A stretch of 64,000 nucleotides of DNA from Acidobacteriota bacterium (GTDB taxonomy: Bacteria > Acidobacteriota > UBA4820 > DSQY01), in assembly GCA_049967655.1 (NCBI GenBank), contig JBMFSH010000010.1, positions 26,155 to 90,154 of the forward strand, read 5' to 3'. Made by a program: the position numbers and the translations under genes. How positions within the stretch are numbered: position 1 is the stretch's first letter; each line of letters begins with the position of its first letter. A model generated the notes under the pieces. That model saw only the letters and a list, made by a program, of their open reading frames with translations. It did no database searches and had not been told where the DNA came from. Below are positions 41,826 to 51,290 of this stretch, in pieces.

Positions 41826-41899
41826 TAAGCGATTAAGCGATTAGGCTATTAGGCTATTAGGCTATTAGGCTATTAGGCTATTAGGCCATTAAGCGATTG
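41826..41899. repeat. Tandem octamers TAAGCGAT/TAGGCTAT, about 9 units, between hslV and hslU
   Basis: Read directly from the sequence. Confidence 0.93.
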
Positions 41900-41981
41900 G
41901 ACTAGGGGGCTAGGAAAGGGGATGGGCGATTCGGCCATCCCCCGCCCGCTCGGTTCCCTCATCGCCTCATCACCTATTCGC

Positions 41982-42527
41982 TCATCCTCCCTCGCCCAGC
42001 TCGAGCACCGTCACGTTCTGGTTCGTGTAGATGCAGATCTCGCCGGCCAACTTGAGGCACTCCTCGGCGATCTGCCTCGCACTCAAGCCGGTGTTGCGCA
42101 GGAGGGCCCTGGCCGCGGCCAGGGCGTAGGGACCTCCCGAGCCCGTGGCCAGCACGCCGTCGTCCGAGGCGATGAGCTCCCCGCTGCCCGAGAGGAGGAA
42201 CTGGTGCTCCCGGTCGGCCACGATCAGGACCGCTTCGAGCCGCCGCAGGGCGCGGTCCATCCGCCACTCCTTGACCAGCTCCACCGATGTCCTTTCCAGG
42301 TTGCCGTTGTACTCCTCGAGCTTGGCCTCGAAGCGGGCGAAGAGGGCGAAGGCGTCCGCCACGCCACCGGCGAAGCCCGCCAGGACCTGGTCGTGGTAGA
42401 GCTTTCGCACCTTCTTTGCCGTGTGTTTGATCACCGTCTGGCCGAGCGTGACCTGGCCGTCGGAGGCCATGGCCACCGCCCCGTTTCGCGCCACGCAGAT
42501 GATCGTCGTCGCATGAACCTGTTCCAC
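41982..42527 (-). CDS. hslV: ATP-dependent protease subunit HslV
   Basis: HATTI, DGQVT, GFAG, GSGG motifs; GTG start after GGAGGTG. Confidence 0.95.
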   Translation of the reverse strand: MEQVHATTIICVARNGAVAMASDGQVTLGQTVIKHTAKKVRKLYHDQVLAGFAGGVADAFALFARFEAKLEEYNGNLERTSVELVKEWRMDRALRRLEAVLIVADREHQFLLSGSGELIASDDGVLATGSGGPYALAAARALLRNTGLSARQIAEECLKLAGEICIYTNQNVTVLELGEGG

Positions 42528-42774
42528 ATTCACCTCCAGACAACTCCAACAATAGCCTATTTCGTCCGCGAAGGGGATATGGGAAGCGGTCCCTCCTTTC
42601 GGAGCCGTCCATCCGGTGGCGCCCCGCCGTGGCACGCGCGAGAGTTTCCCTCCGGCCTCCCGTACGCCTCCCGCAAGAACAAGGTTTCCGGGACCCGAGG
42701 CGGCCTGGACAAAACGGTGGCGCTTAGGCGTTAGAATAAGCCTAGTGGCCGTTCGGCCGACGGGAGCATCTTCG

Positions 42775-43782
42775 ATGGACAGACCCAGCGTGATCGTTAC
42801 CTACAGGACGGATGAGGCGGAGAGGCGCCTCGTGGAGGAGCGTTTGGGCCGGCTCGCCCGCCTTGGTTTCCTGAAGGACTTCCCCAGGGAGGAGCGCGCC
42901 TCGCTCCTGGCCGGAGCCGAGGTCGCGATCGCCTGGTTTCCGCAGCGTGAGTTCCCCGAGGAGTCCTGGTCGAATCTGGGCAGACTCCGCCTCTTGCAGC
43001 TCGTTTCGGCGGGCGTGGACCACCTCCCCTTCGCTCGGCTGCCCGCCGGCCTGCGCATCGCCGCCAACGTCGGCGCCTACGCGGAGCCCATGGCGGAGCA
43101 TGTTTTCGCCATGATCCTGGGCGCCTACAAGAATCTCTGCTCCCGCCACGCGGCCCTGGCGAAGGGGAGCTTCGAGCAGCACCTGCCCAACCGCATGCTG
43201 AAGGGGAGCAGCTGCGGCATCTTAGGATATGGGGGCATCGGGCGCGCCACGGCCCGCCTGCTCAAGCCGTTCGGGGTGCGCATCCTGGCCGTCAACAGCA
43301 CGGGCCGAGGCGATGAGATGACGGACTTCTGCGGAACCCTGGAGGATCTGGAGCGGGTGCTCACCGAATCGGACATCGTGGTCGTCGCCCTGCCCCTGAC
43401 CCGCACAACCGCGGGGCTCATCGGCCGGCGCGAGCTCTCGCTCATGAAGGGGGATGGCCTCCTGGTGAACGTGGCGAGGGGCGAGATCGTGGATCAGGGC
43501 GCCCTCTACGCTCACCTGATCGCACACCCGGCCTTCTGGGCGGCCATCGACGCCTGGTGGGTGGAGCCCCAGCGCCACGGCCGGTTCGAGCTGGAGCATC
43601 CCTTTTTCGATCTGCCCAACGTGCTGGGTTCCCCTCACAATTCGGGCATCGTGCCCGGAGCCCTGCTGGACGGGTTGCGCCGGGCCGTGGAGAACGTGGA
43701 GCGCTTCCTGAATGGTGAGGAGCCGCGCGGCGTGGTTCGTTGGGAGGAGTACCTGGAACCGGAAAGCCGACAGGGCGGATAG
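42775..43782 (+). CDS. D-2-hydroxyacid dehydrogenase
   Basis: GYGGIG, NVARG, SPHNS motifs. Confidence 0.9.
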   Translation: MDRPSVIVTYRTDEAERRLVEERLGRLARLGFLKDFPREERASLLAGAEVAIAWFPQREFPEESWSNLGRLRLLQLVSAGVDHLPFARLPAGLRIAANVGAYAEPMAEHVFAMILGAYKNLCSRHAALAKGSFEQHLPNRMLKGSSCGILGYGGIGRATARLLKPFGVRILAVNSTGRGDEMTDFCGTLEDLERVLTESDIVVVALPLTRTTAGLIGRRELSLMKGDGLLVNVARGEIVDQGALYAHLIAHPAFWAAIDAWWVEPQRHGRFELEHPFFDLPNVLGSPHNSGIVPGALLDGLRRAVENVERFLNGEEPRGVVRWEEYLEPESRQGG

Positions 43783-43847
43783 CGACGAGGGCGGCCACGG
43801 TGCGCCCGTGACTTGCCCCTGGTGAGGCAAATGCCCATGAAAGGAGC

Positions 43848-44873
43848 ATGACCATGCGAGCTTTCGAGATCCAATCCCAATTCGGCCTGGACAACCTGAG
43901 GCCGGCCGAGCGTCCCGACCCCTCGCCCGGCCCCGGGGAGGTGCTCGTCGGCGTGAGGGCCTGCTCTCTCAACTACCGGGACCTGATGACCGTCCTCGGC
44001 ACCTACAACCCCAAGCAGAAACTGCCGCTGGTGCCCTGTTCGGACGGGGCCGGCGAGGTGCTGGCGGTGGGGGCCGGGGTGCGCCGATTCAAACCCGGCG
44101 ACCGCGTGGCGAGTATCTTCTCGCAGACGTGGCTGGCCGGTCCGCCTAGCGGGGCGGCCCGCAAGGGCACGCTGGGGGGACCGATGGACGGGATGCTGCG
44201 AGAGATGGCGGTGCTCTCCGAGGAGGGGCTCGTCGCGCTTCCGGGCCACCTCTCCTTCGAGGAGGGGGCCTGCCTGCCGTGCGCGGGCCTCACCGCGTGG
44301 AACGCCCTCTTCGGCGGCGAATCATCCCTCAAGCCGGGGGACACCGTCCTGGTGGAGGGGACGGGCGGGGTCTCCATCTTCGCCCTCCAGTTCGCCCGGA
44401 TGGCGGGCGCCCGGGTCATCGTGACCTCATCGAGCGACGAGAAGCTCGCACGCGCCAAGGCGCTCGGAGCCTGGGCCACCATCAACTACTCCTGGGAGCC
44501 CGAGTGGGACCGCGGCGTGCTGGAGCTGACGGGCGGCGAAGGGGTGGACCACGTGGTCGAGGTGGGCGGCGCCGGGACCTTTGAGAAGGCGCTCAAGGCG
44601 GTGCGCATCGGAGGGTCTGTCAGCGTCATCGGCGTTCTCTCGGGCGCCAAGACGGAGGTGGCCCTCACGTGGATCCTCATGAAGAGCGTGCACCTGCGCG
44701 GCCTCTTCGTGGGCAGCCGGGCCCTCTTCGAGGAGATGAACCGCGCCGTGGGCGAGCACAGCCTCAAACCCGTCGTGGACAAGGTCTTCCCCTTCGAGCA
44801 GGCGGGAGAGGCCTTCCGCCTCATGCAGAAGGGCGGACACTTCGGGAAGATCGTGGTGGGGGTGGGGAAGTAA
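43848..44873 (+). CDS. MDR-family NAD(P)-dependent alcohol dehydrogenase-like protein
   Basis: SLNYRD, SDGAG, GTGGVS, HFGKIV motifs. Confidence 0.92.
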   Translation: MTMRAFEIQSQFGLDNLRPAERPDPSPGPGEVLVGVRACSLNYRDLMTVLGTYNPKQKLPLVPCSDGAGEVLAVGAGVRRFKPGDRVASIFSQTWLAGPPSGAARKGTLGGPMDGMLREMAVLSEEGLVALPGHLSFEEGACLPCAGLTAWNALFGGESSLKPGDTVLVEGTGGVSIFALQFARMAGARVIVTSSSDEKLARAKALGAWATINYSWEPEWDRGVLELTGGEGVDHVVEVGGAGTFEKALKAVRIGGSVSVIGVLSGAKTEVALTWILMKSVHLRGLFVGSRALFEEMNRAVGEHSLKPVVDKVFPFEQAGEAFRLMQKGGHFGKIVVGVGK

Positions 44874-44905
44874 GGAAGTGAGGAAGAAAGGAAGTGAGGA
44901 AGAAA
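44866..44905. repeat. Tandem octamer GGAAGWRA x5 starting at the ADH stop codon
   Basis: GGAAGTAA GGAAGTGA GGAAGAAA GGAAGTGA GGAAGAAA. Confidence 0.85.
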
Positions 44906-44919
44906 GCGGAGATGATCCG

Positions 44920-45383
44920 ATGGGAACCCGGCGTCTCGGAACAAAGTGCCCCGTGGTCTTGGCCATGGAGCTGGGCTGCATGAGCATGTCGCAGGCCTAC
45001 GGAACGCGGAACGATGAAGAGTCCAGGAAGACCTTGCAAAGGGCGCTCGATCTGGGCGTCACCTTTATGGACACGGCCTTCCCCGCTTCCAGGGGGAGAA
45101 CCTGGATCGCAACGAGCGGCTGCGCAGGGCCCTCGCGGAGATCGCCGCGGGCAAGGGGCTGACGCCGGCCTCGCTGGCCCTGGCGTGGGTGCTGGCGCAG
45201 GGGGAGGACGTGGTCCCCATTCCCGGCACCAAGCGCGTGCGCTACCTCGCAGAGAACGCCGCGGCCGCGGCCTCCTCGCTGGAGGGCCAGACCCTAGCCG
45301 CCATCGAGGCCGCCCTCGCCGCCAACCCCCCGAGCGGCGAGCGCTATTCATCGGGCATGATGGCCTGGGTGGACCGGGGGTAG
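44920..45383 (+). pseudogene. Aldo/keto reductase with large internal deletion and frameshift
   Basis: N-terminus (LGCMSMS...ALDLGVTFMDTA) joined out of frame near 45078 to C-terminus (RFQGEN...LALAWVL...PIPGTKR). Confidence 0.85.
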
Positions 45384-45477
45384 ATCGAAACGGCGAAACG
45401 CGGAAACGGAGAGATGGAGAAAGGGAGCCTGCCTGGACGGGTAAATCCGCCCTCCCGAGCGGCGCCCCACGGGATGA

Positions 45478-46227
45478 TCAGGCGGCGCCCAGCAGGAGCT
45501 TGATCGCGGTGGCCAGGACGGCCAGGGCGAAGGCGAACTTGATGACCCGCTCCCCCCCGCGCACGCTGACGGTGGCGCCGAGCCACGCCCCCGCGGCGTT
45601 GCCCGCGGCAAGGACGAGGCCCGCCACCCAGCGTACGTCTCCCAGGATGGCGAAGACGGCCAGCGAAGGGATCATGTAGAGGCCGATGATGAAGACCTTG
45701 TGCATGTTCACTCGCACGAGGTCGAGCGCGAGCAGCCCCTGAAGCAGGGCCATGAGAATGAACCCCACGCCCGCCTGGACGAACCCGCCGTAGAAGCCCA
45801 CCGCCACCATGCTCAGATGGGCTGCCGCTCGATGAGGGACGCGGTGTGCCGCCAGCCCCTTGCCGTCCCTCTTGGGGCGGAGGACCTCCACCAGCACCCC
45901 GATCATGACGAGAGCGAGCAGCCGCTTGAACCAGATGGGGCTGATGTCGGCGGCGGCCAAGGCCCCCAGGACGGCACCGGGCAGCGTGCAAAGGCCTAGG
46001 GTGAGGCTGAGCTTGAAATCGGAGAAGCCCTTCCTGCGGAAGGAGGCGACCGCCGAGATGTTCTGACCGAGAAGCGCGATGCGGTTCGTTCCGTTGGCCA
46101 CGGCCGGGCTCATGCCCATGAAGATCATGAAGGGGAGGGTCAGCAGGGAGCCCCCGCCGGCCAGGACGTTGAGAACGCCCGTCAGAAGACCGAGTAGGGC
46201 CAGAAGCTCGTACTGCCACAGATGCAT
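45478..46227 (-). CDS. TSUP (TauE/SafE) family transporter
   Basis: AGGGSL, ANGTN, YGGFVQAGVG motifs. Confidence 0.9.
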   Translation of the reverse strand: MHLWQYELLALLGLLTGVLNVLAGGGSLLTLPFMIFMGMSPAVANGTNRIALLGQNISAVASFRRKGFSDFKLSLTLGLCTLPGAVLGALAAADISPIWFKRLLALVMIGVLVEVLRPKRDGKGLAAHRVPHRAAAHLSMVAVGFYGGFVQAGVGFILMALLQGLLALDLVRVNMHKVFIIGLYMIPSLAVFAILGDVRWVAGLVLAAGNAAGAWLGATVSVRGGERVIKFAFALAVLATAIKLLLGAA

Positions 46228-46261
46228 GGCTCCCCCCTCTCTCCGTGTCCAAAGGCGCACC

Positions 46262-46288
46262 AAAAGGGAGGGGCTTCAGCCCCTCCCT
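46262..46288 (-). terminator. Hairpin/terminator after the fumarase beta subunit
   Basis: AGGGAGGGGC-TGAA-GCCCCTCCCT then TTT. Confidence 0.55.
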
Positions 46289-46343
46289 CGGAAGTGTAGC
46301 ACCGAAGGCGCGAAGCCAACGCATCGCGCTCCGGAGAGAGCTC

Positions 46344-46898
46344 CTACCGGACCTCGTACTGCTTGCGGCCCTCGATGTAGAGGTCGCCTCCGTGGCAATC
46401 GGTGACCACCACGAGGGGCATGTCCTCCACCTCGAGCCGGCGCACCGCCTCGGGGCCCAGGTCCTCGTAGGCGATGACGTCGCACTTCTTGATGCACTTG
46501 GCGATGAGCGCCGCGGCGCCCCCCGTGGCGCCGAGGTAGACCACCTTGTACTTGGCCATGGCCTCCTTCACGGCGTCGCTGCGCTTGCCCTTGGCGATCA
46601 TGCCCTTCATGCCGATCTCCATGAGGCGAGGGGCGTAGGGATCCATGCGGTAGGCCGTGGTGGGGCCCGCCGAGCCGATGACGTTGCCCGGCTTGGTGGG
46701 GCTGGGGCCCACGTAGTAGACGAGGCTCCCCTTGATGTCAAAGGGCAGGGGCTGGCCCTTGTCGAGGCCTTCGACCATCCGTTTGTGGGCGGCGTCGCGC
46801 GCCGTGTAGATGGTACCCGAAAGGCGGACGCTGTCACCGATGCGGAGCTTCTGGACGTCGGCGTCGGTGAGGGGCGTCTTCAGAGTGTATTCAGCCAT
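46344..46898 (-). CDS. Class I fumarate hydratase (or L-tartrate dehydratase) beta subunit
   Basis: TARDAAHKR, GPTT, GGAAA motifs. Confidence 0.92.
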   Translation of the reverse strand: MAEYTLKTPLTDADVQKLRIGDSVRLSGTIYTARDAAHKRMVEGLDKGQPLPFDIKGSLVYYVGPSPTKPGNVIGSAGPTTAYRMDPYAPRLMEIGMKGMIAKGKRSDAVKEAMAKYKVVYLGATGGAAALIAKCIKKCDVIAYEDLGPEAVRRLEVEDMPLVVVTDCHGGDLYIEGRKQYEVR

Positions 46899-46908
46899 GA
46901 TCCCCTCC

Positions 46909-47748
46909 TCACAGTTCCACTTCGCCGTGGCGGTCGGCGTGGCAGTTTACGTTCACGGCGACCGGCAGAGCCACCAGGTGGCAGGGGTACACCTCGATGT
47001 TCACCCCCAGCACCGTCACCGTTCCGCCGTAGCCCATGGGGCCGATACCCAGCTTGTTGAGGCTCACCTTCAGTTCGTCCTCCAGGGCGGCGTAGAAGGG
47101 GTCCGGGTTCCGGTGGTAGGGCGAGCGCATGGCGGCTTTCTTGGAGAGGATGCAGGACTTCTCGAAGGTGCCACCCAGCCCCACGCCGATGACGAGCGGG
47201 GGGCAGGCGTTGGCCCCTCCGGCGGAGACCGTCTCCAGGACAAACTTCTTCACCCCCTCCAGGCCGTCTGCGGGTTTGAGCATGGCTTGCTTGGACATGT
47301 TCTCGCTGCCGCCGCCCTTGGCGCCAAAGGTGAGGCGGATCTTGTCCCCGGGCACCACCTCGTAGTGAATGACCGCCGGGGTGTTGTCCCCCGTGTTCTT
47401 GCGCTGGATGGGGTCGTTCAGGATGGACTTGCGCAGGTAGCCCTCGGAGTAGGCCTTGCGGATGCCGGCGTTGATGGCGTCCGTGAGGTTGCCCTCCACG
47501 TGCACGTCCTGGCCCACCTCCGCGAAGACCACGGCGAAGCCCGTGTCCTGGCAGTAGGGGACGCACTCCTGTCGGGCGATACGGGCGTTCTCCTGGATTT
47601 GGCGGATGACCTCCCTGCCCGCTTCCGACCTCTCCGCCGCGAGGGCCTCGTCGAAGGCTCGCAGCATCTCCGGGCCGATGTCGTAGTTGGCGTTGATGGC
47701 CACCTTGGCCAGCGCCTCGGTGACCTCTTCGGCTTTGATTGTTCTCAT
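46909..47748 (-). CDS. Class I fumarate hydratase (or L-tartrate dehydratase) alpha subunit
   Basis: CQDTG, KGGGSEN, ACPP, CHA motifs. Confidence 0.92.
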   Translation of the reverse strand: MRTIKAEEVTEALAKVAINANYDIGPEMLRAFDEALAAERSEAGREVIRQIQENARIARQECVPYCQDTGFAVVFAEVGQDVHVEGNLTDAINAGIRKAYSEGYLRKSILNDPIQRKNTGDNTPAVIHYEVVPGDKIRLTFGAKGGGSENMSKQAMLKPADGLEGVKKFVLETVSAGGANACPPLVIGVGLGGTFEKSCILSKKAAMRSPYHRNPDPFYAALEDELKVSLNKLGIGPMGYGGTVTVLGVNIEVYPCHLVALPVAVNVNCHADRHGEVEL

Positions 47749-48216
47749 CTATTACCCCCGATAAGAAGGGAGTCCGATCCGTCAGGCCCCCAGGCGTTCG
47801 ATGATACCCCCCCGCCCGTGCGGTGGCAAGGCGCCCCAATCCCGCGTTGGAACGGGGGAAAGAACATGGAAAGCAAGCGGAACAAGCCGTTGAAGAAGAG
47901 GCCCTTGTCACCTATCAAGGGATTGGGGTGCCCTCGAGCCAAAGGCGAGAGGGCACCAAGGGTGGGGTGAGGCTCCACGGGCTTTGCCCGTGGAGCGGGG
48001 AGGGAATGGCCCTCCCCGTCCAGGAGACAACGCCTTTCCCCAGTGAACCCGAGCGGTAGCCGGAGGCTCCCGCGTTTCTATCGCGGAATTTGGGGGGCGC
48101 TGAGGTGTCCCCTCTTGCCCACGATCGTGGTATAGTAGCATCTCGGTTGGGCGAATTCTCGGCTCGGAGGCCGGCGGTCTCGCCCGGGGGCGGAACCACA
48201 AAGCACGAAAGGAGAC

Positions 48217-49233
48217 ATGCACATGCTGAAAAAGATCGGTCTCATCGGCGGTGGTTACATCGGCGGCGTTCTCGCTCAGGAGATAGCCCAGCGGAGGCTC
48301 GCGCGCGAGGTGGGGCTGGTGGACCCAGCGCCCATGCCGAACCCGAACGATCCCCCGGAGCGCCAGGAGGTCATCAAGAAGCAGTCCGTGTCGATCGGAA
48401 AGTGCCTGGACATCGCCGAGGGGCTGCCGACCATCCGCAAGGACGTCAAGCTCGTCGGCTCCAAGGACTACTCCGCCATCGAGGGTGCCGAGTTGATCAT
48501 TAACACCGCGGGCGTTCCCCGCAAGGCTCGGCCTGACGGCACATTCCCCAGCCGCGAGGAGCTCCTCACCATCAACCTCAAGGTTACCATCGAGGTGGCC
48601 AAGGGTATCCAGAAGTACTGCCCGAACGCCATGGTCATCTCCATCGCCAACCCGCTCGACGCCATCGTCTACACCCTCGACAAGCGCCTCAAGCCCAAGA
48701 AAAACATGCTCTTCGGCATGGCCGGCGTGCTCGATTCGGAGCGCTATTGCTACTTCGTCGCCGAGGCGGCCAAGGTGTCGGTGGAGAACGTCCACGCCAT
48801 GGTCCTCGGTGGCCACGGCGACGACATGGTGCCGGTGCGCAGCTCCTGCCAGATCGCCGGCATCCCGGTCACCAAGTTCCTCGACACCGACACCCTGGCC
48901 AAGATCGAAACGCGCACCCGCAAGGCGGGCGGTGAGATCGTAGGCCTGCTGGGCTTCGGCTCCGCGTTCGTGTCGCCGGCCTGGTCGGCCCTCGAGATGG
49001 CCGAGGCGGTGATCTTCGACAAGCGCAAGATCCTGCCGGTCTGCGCCAAGCTGGAGGGCGAGTACGGCGTCAAGGGGCTGTTCGTCGGCGTGCCGGCGAT
49101 CGTCGGCAGGAACGGCATCGAGAAGGTGATCGAGCTCGACCTCACCGAGGACGAGAAGGCGGCCCTCGTGAAGTCGGTCGCCGGGGTCAAGAAGACCTGC
49201 GACGAAGTCGACACCATGCTCAAGAACCTGTGA
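48217..49233 (+). CDS. mdh: Malate dehydrogenase (LDH-like MDH)
   Basis: GGGYIG, AGVPRK, ANPLD, LGGHGD motifs; divergent from fumarase. Confidence 0.88.
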   Translation: MHMLKKIGLIGGGYIGGVLAQEIAQRRLAREVGLVDPAPMPNPNDPPERQEVIKKQSVSIGKCLDIAEGLPTIRKDVKLVGSKDYSAIEGAELIINTAGVPRKARPDGTFPSREELLTINLKVTIEVAKGIQKYCPNAMVISIANPLDAIVYTLDKRLKPKKNMLFGMAGVLDSERYCYFVAEAAKVSVENVHAMVLGGHGDDMVPVRSSCQIAGIPVTKFLDTDTLAKIETRTRKAGGEIVGLLGFGSAFVSPAWSALEMAEAVIFDKRKILPVCAKLEGEYGVKGLFVGVPAIVGRNGIEKVIELDLTEDEKAALVKSVAGVKKTCDEVDTMLKNL

Positions 49234-49259
49234 GCCGTCGCCTCGGAATCCGCGTATCC

Positions 49260-49290
49260 AGGGCTCCCCGCCGAGGCGGGGAGCCCTTTC
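49260..49290 (+). terminator. Intrinsic terminator-like hairpin after mdh
   Basis: AGGGCTCCCCGCC...GGCGGGGAGCCCT then TTC. Confidence 0.6.
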
Positions 49291-49307
49291 CTTACCCGGA
49301 GGGACCC

Positions 49308-51290
49308 ATGAGGAGGAGAAAGATCGCCGCGGCGCTCCTGGCCTGCCTGACCCTGACGCTCTGCGCGCTCGGGGCAAGGGCGCAGGAAGCCGCCCAGGTC
49401 GAGGAGCTACTCAAGCCCGTCACGGCGGCGAAGTATCCCGGCGCGGACGCGGTGGCGGTCCTCGACGAGACGCACGTGGAGGTGGAGGAGTCGGGACTCA
49501 GCCACGTCAATCGGACGCAGCTCATCAAGGTCCTGACCGAGAAGGGGGCGGCCGAGTACGCCACCCTGCGCTTCGACTACGATCCCGCCTCCTCCCTGGC
49601 CGAGATCAAGAAGCTGACGGTCTTCCGGGCGGACGGGAGCGTCCAGGAGGTGCCCCCCTCCAGGATCTACGATCTTCCCCAGCCCCAGTTCATGATCTAC
49701 TGGGACCCTCGGATGAAGGTGGCCTCCATCCCCAAGCTCAACCCCGGCGACGCGGTGGAGATCGAGACCACCTCCAAGGGCTTCGTCATCGCCTACCTGA
49801 ACGACCCGGCGCAGCCGGACGACGAGAAGTACATCCCGCCCATGCGGGGCCACTACTACGACGTGGTGCTCTTCCAGGGGAACCTGCCCATCGTGAGGAA
49901 AAGCTACACCATCGTGCTTCCGAAGGACAAGCCGATCCAGGCTGAGGTCTTTCACGGCGAGCTGGGAAGCGCGACCTCCTTCGGCGAGAAGAGCCTGACC
50001 TACAGCTGGTGGAAGGAGAACGTGCCCGCCGCCAAGCGCGAGCCGCGCATGGTGGACGACCAAGACGCCTTCCCGAAGCTGGTCCTGGCAACGGTGAAGG
50101 ACTGGCCCGAGAAGTCCCGCTGGTTCTACAAGGTGAACGAGGACGCCCACGCCTTCGCCTACGACGACGCCATCAAGGCCAAGGTGGAGGAGATCACGCG
50201 GGGCCTCAAGACCGACGACGAGAAGCGCTTCGCCATCCTCGCCTGGGTGGCGCGCCAGATCCGCTACAGCGGAATCTCCATGGGCAAGGGGGAGGGCTAC
50301 ACCCTGCACCCGGGCATCATGACCTTCCACGACCGCTGCGGTGTCTGCAAGGACATCGCCGGCATGTGCATCACCATGTTCCGCGCGGCCGGCTTCACCC
50401 ACACCTACCCCGCCATGACCATGGTGGGAGCCAAGGTGGAGAAGATCGCGGCGGACCAGTTCGACCACTGCGTCGTCGCCACGGAGGTGGCGCCGAACCG
50501 GTACAAGCTCTACGACCCCACCTGGTGCCCCTTCAGCCGGGAGATCTGGTCCTCGGCAGAGAAGCCGCAGAACTACCTCATCGGCTCTCCCCGGGGTGAG
50601 GAGCTCATGGAGACGCCGCCGGCACCGGCCAGCGACAACTTCATCCGGATCGAGTCGGAGGGCACCCTTGACGAGCGGGGGGACCTGGCGGGCACCCTGA
50701 CCATCACGGGCGGCCACTACAGCGAGACCAACCTGGCCTGGGCCGTGGTCAACAGCCCCGCGAGCGAAGTGAGGAGCGTCTTCGAGGGGTGGATCGCCCG
50801 CATCTCGCCCAGGGCCCGACTCGCCGGCTACCGCACGACGGACCCGGTGGATGTGACCAGGCCCTTCTCGATCACGCTCACCTACAAGGTTCCCGGCTAC
50901 GCCACGGTGGCCGGCGGGCGCATGGTCTTCGTGCCGCCCATGGCCCACGGCATCCTCGACAGCCCGAGGATGACGGACTTCATGGGCGCGGTGAAGGGCG
51001 CCGAGCGGAGCTACGGCATCTACCTGCGGGCGACCCGCGACTTCGCTTTCCGGGAGACCCTGACGCTCCCGAAGGGGTACTCCCTCGCCGGCGCGCCCGC
51101 CTATGTGAAGGTGGACGGCCCGGCGGCCGGCTTTTCCGCGTCGGCCGCCATGCGTTCAGGCCGGCTTCAATTCGACGAAAACCTGGTCATCAAGCAGAAG
51201 ATCATCTCCGCCGACGAGTACGGAAATCTCAAGTCCGCGGTGGATGCTTTTCGGGCGGCCGAGCGGGCGCCGGTGGTGGTGGGGAAATGA
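49308..51290 (+). CDS. Secreted DUF3857 + transglutaminase-like protein (catalytic triad present)
   Basis: Signal peptide; IRY, GVCKD, FDHC, YDPT motifs. Confidence 0.85.
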   Translation: MRRRKIAAALLACLTLTLCALGARAQEAAQVEELLKPVTAAKYPGADAVAVLDETHVEVEESGLSHVNRTQLIKVLTEKGAAEYATLRFDYDPASSLAEIKKLTVFRADGSVQEVPPSRIYDLPQPQFMIYWDPRMKVASIPKLNPGDAVEIETTSKGFVIAYLNDPAQPDDEKYIPPMRGHYYDVVLFQGNLPIVRKSYTIVLPKDKPIQAEVFHGELGSATSFGEKSLTYSWWKENVPAAKREPRMVDDQDAFPKLVLATVKDWPEKSRWFYKVNEDAHAFAYDDAIKAKVEEITRGLKTDDEKRFAILAWVARQIRYSGISMGKGEGYTLHPGIMTFHDRCGVCKDIAGMCITMFRAAGFTHTYPAMTMVGAKVEKIAADQFDHCVVATEVAPNRYKLYDPTWCPFSREIWSSAEKPQNYLIGSPRGEELMETPPAPASDNFIRIESEGTLDERGDLAGTLTITGGHYSETNLAWAVVNSPASEVRSVFEGWIARISPRARLAGYRTTDPVDVTRPFSITLTYKVPGYATVAGGRMVFVPPMAHGILDSPRMTDFMGAVKGAERSYGIYLRATRDFAFRETLTLPKGYSLAGAPAYVKVDGPAAGFSASAAMRSGRLQFDENLVIKQKIISADEYGNLKSAVDAFRAAERAPVVVGK

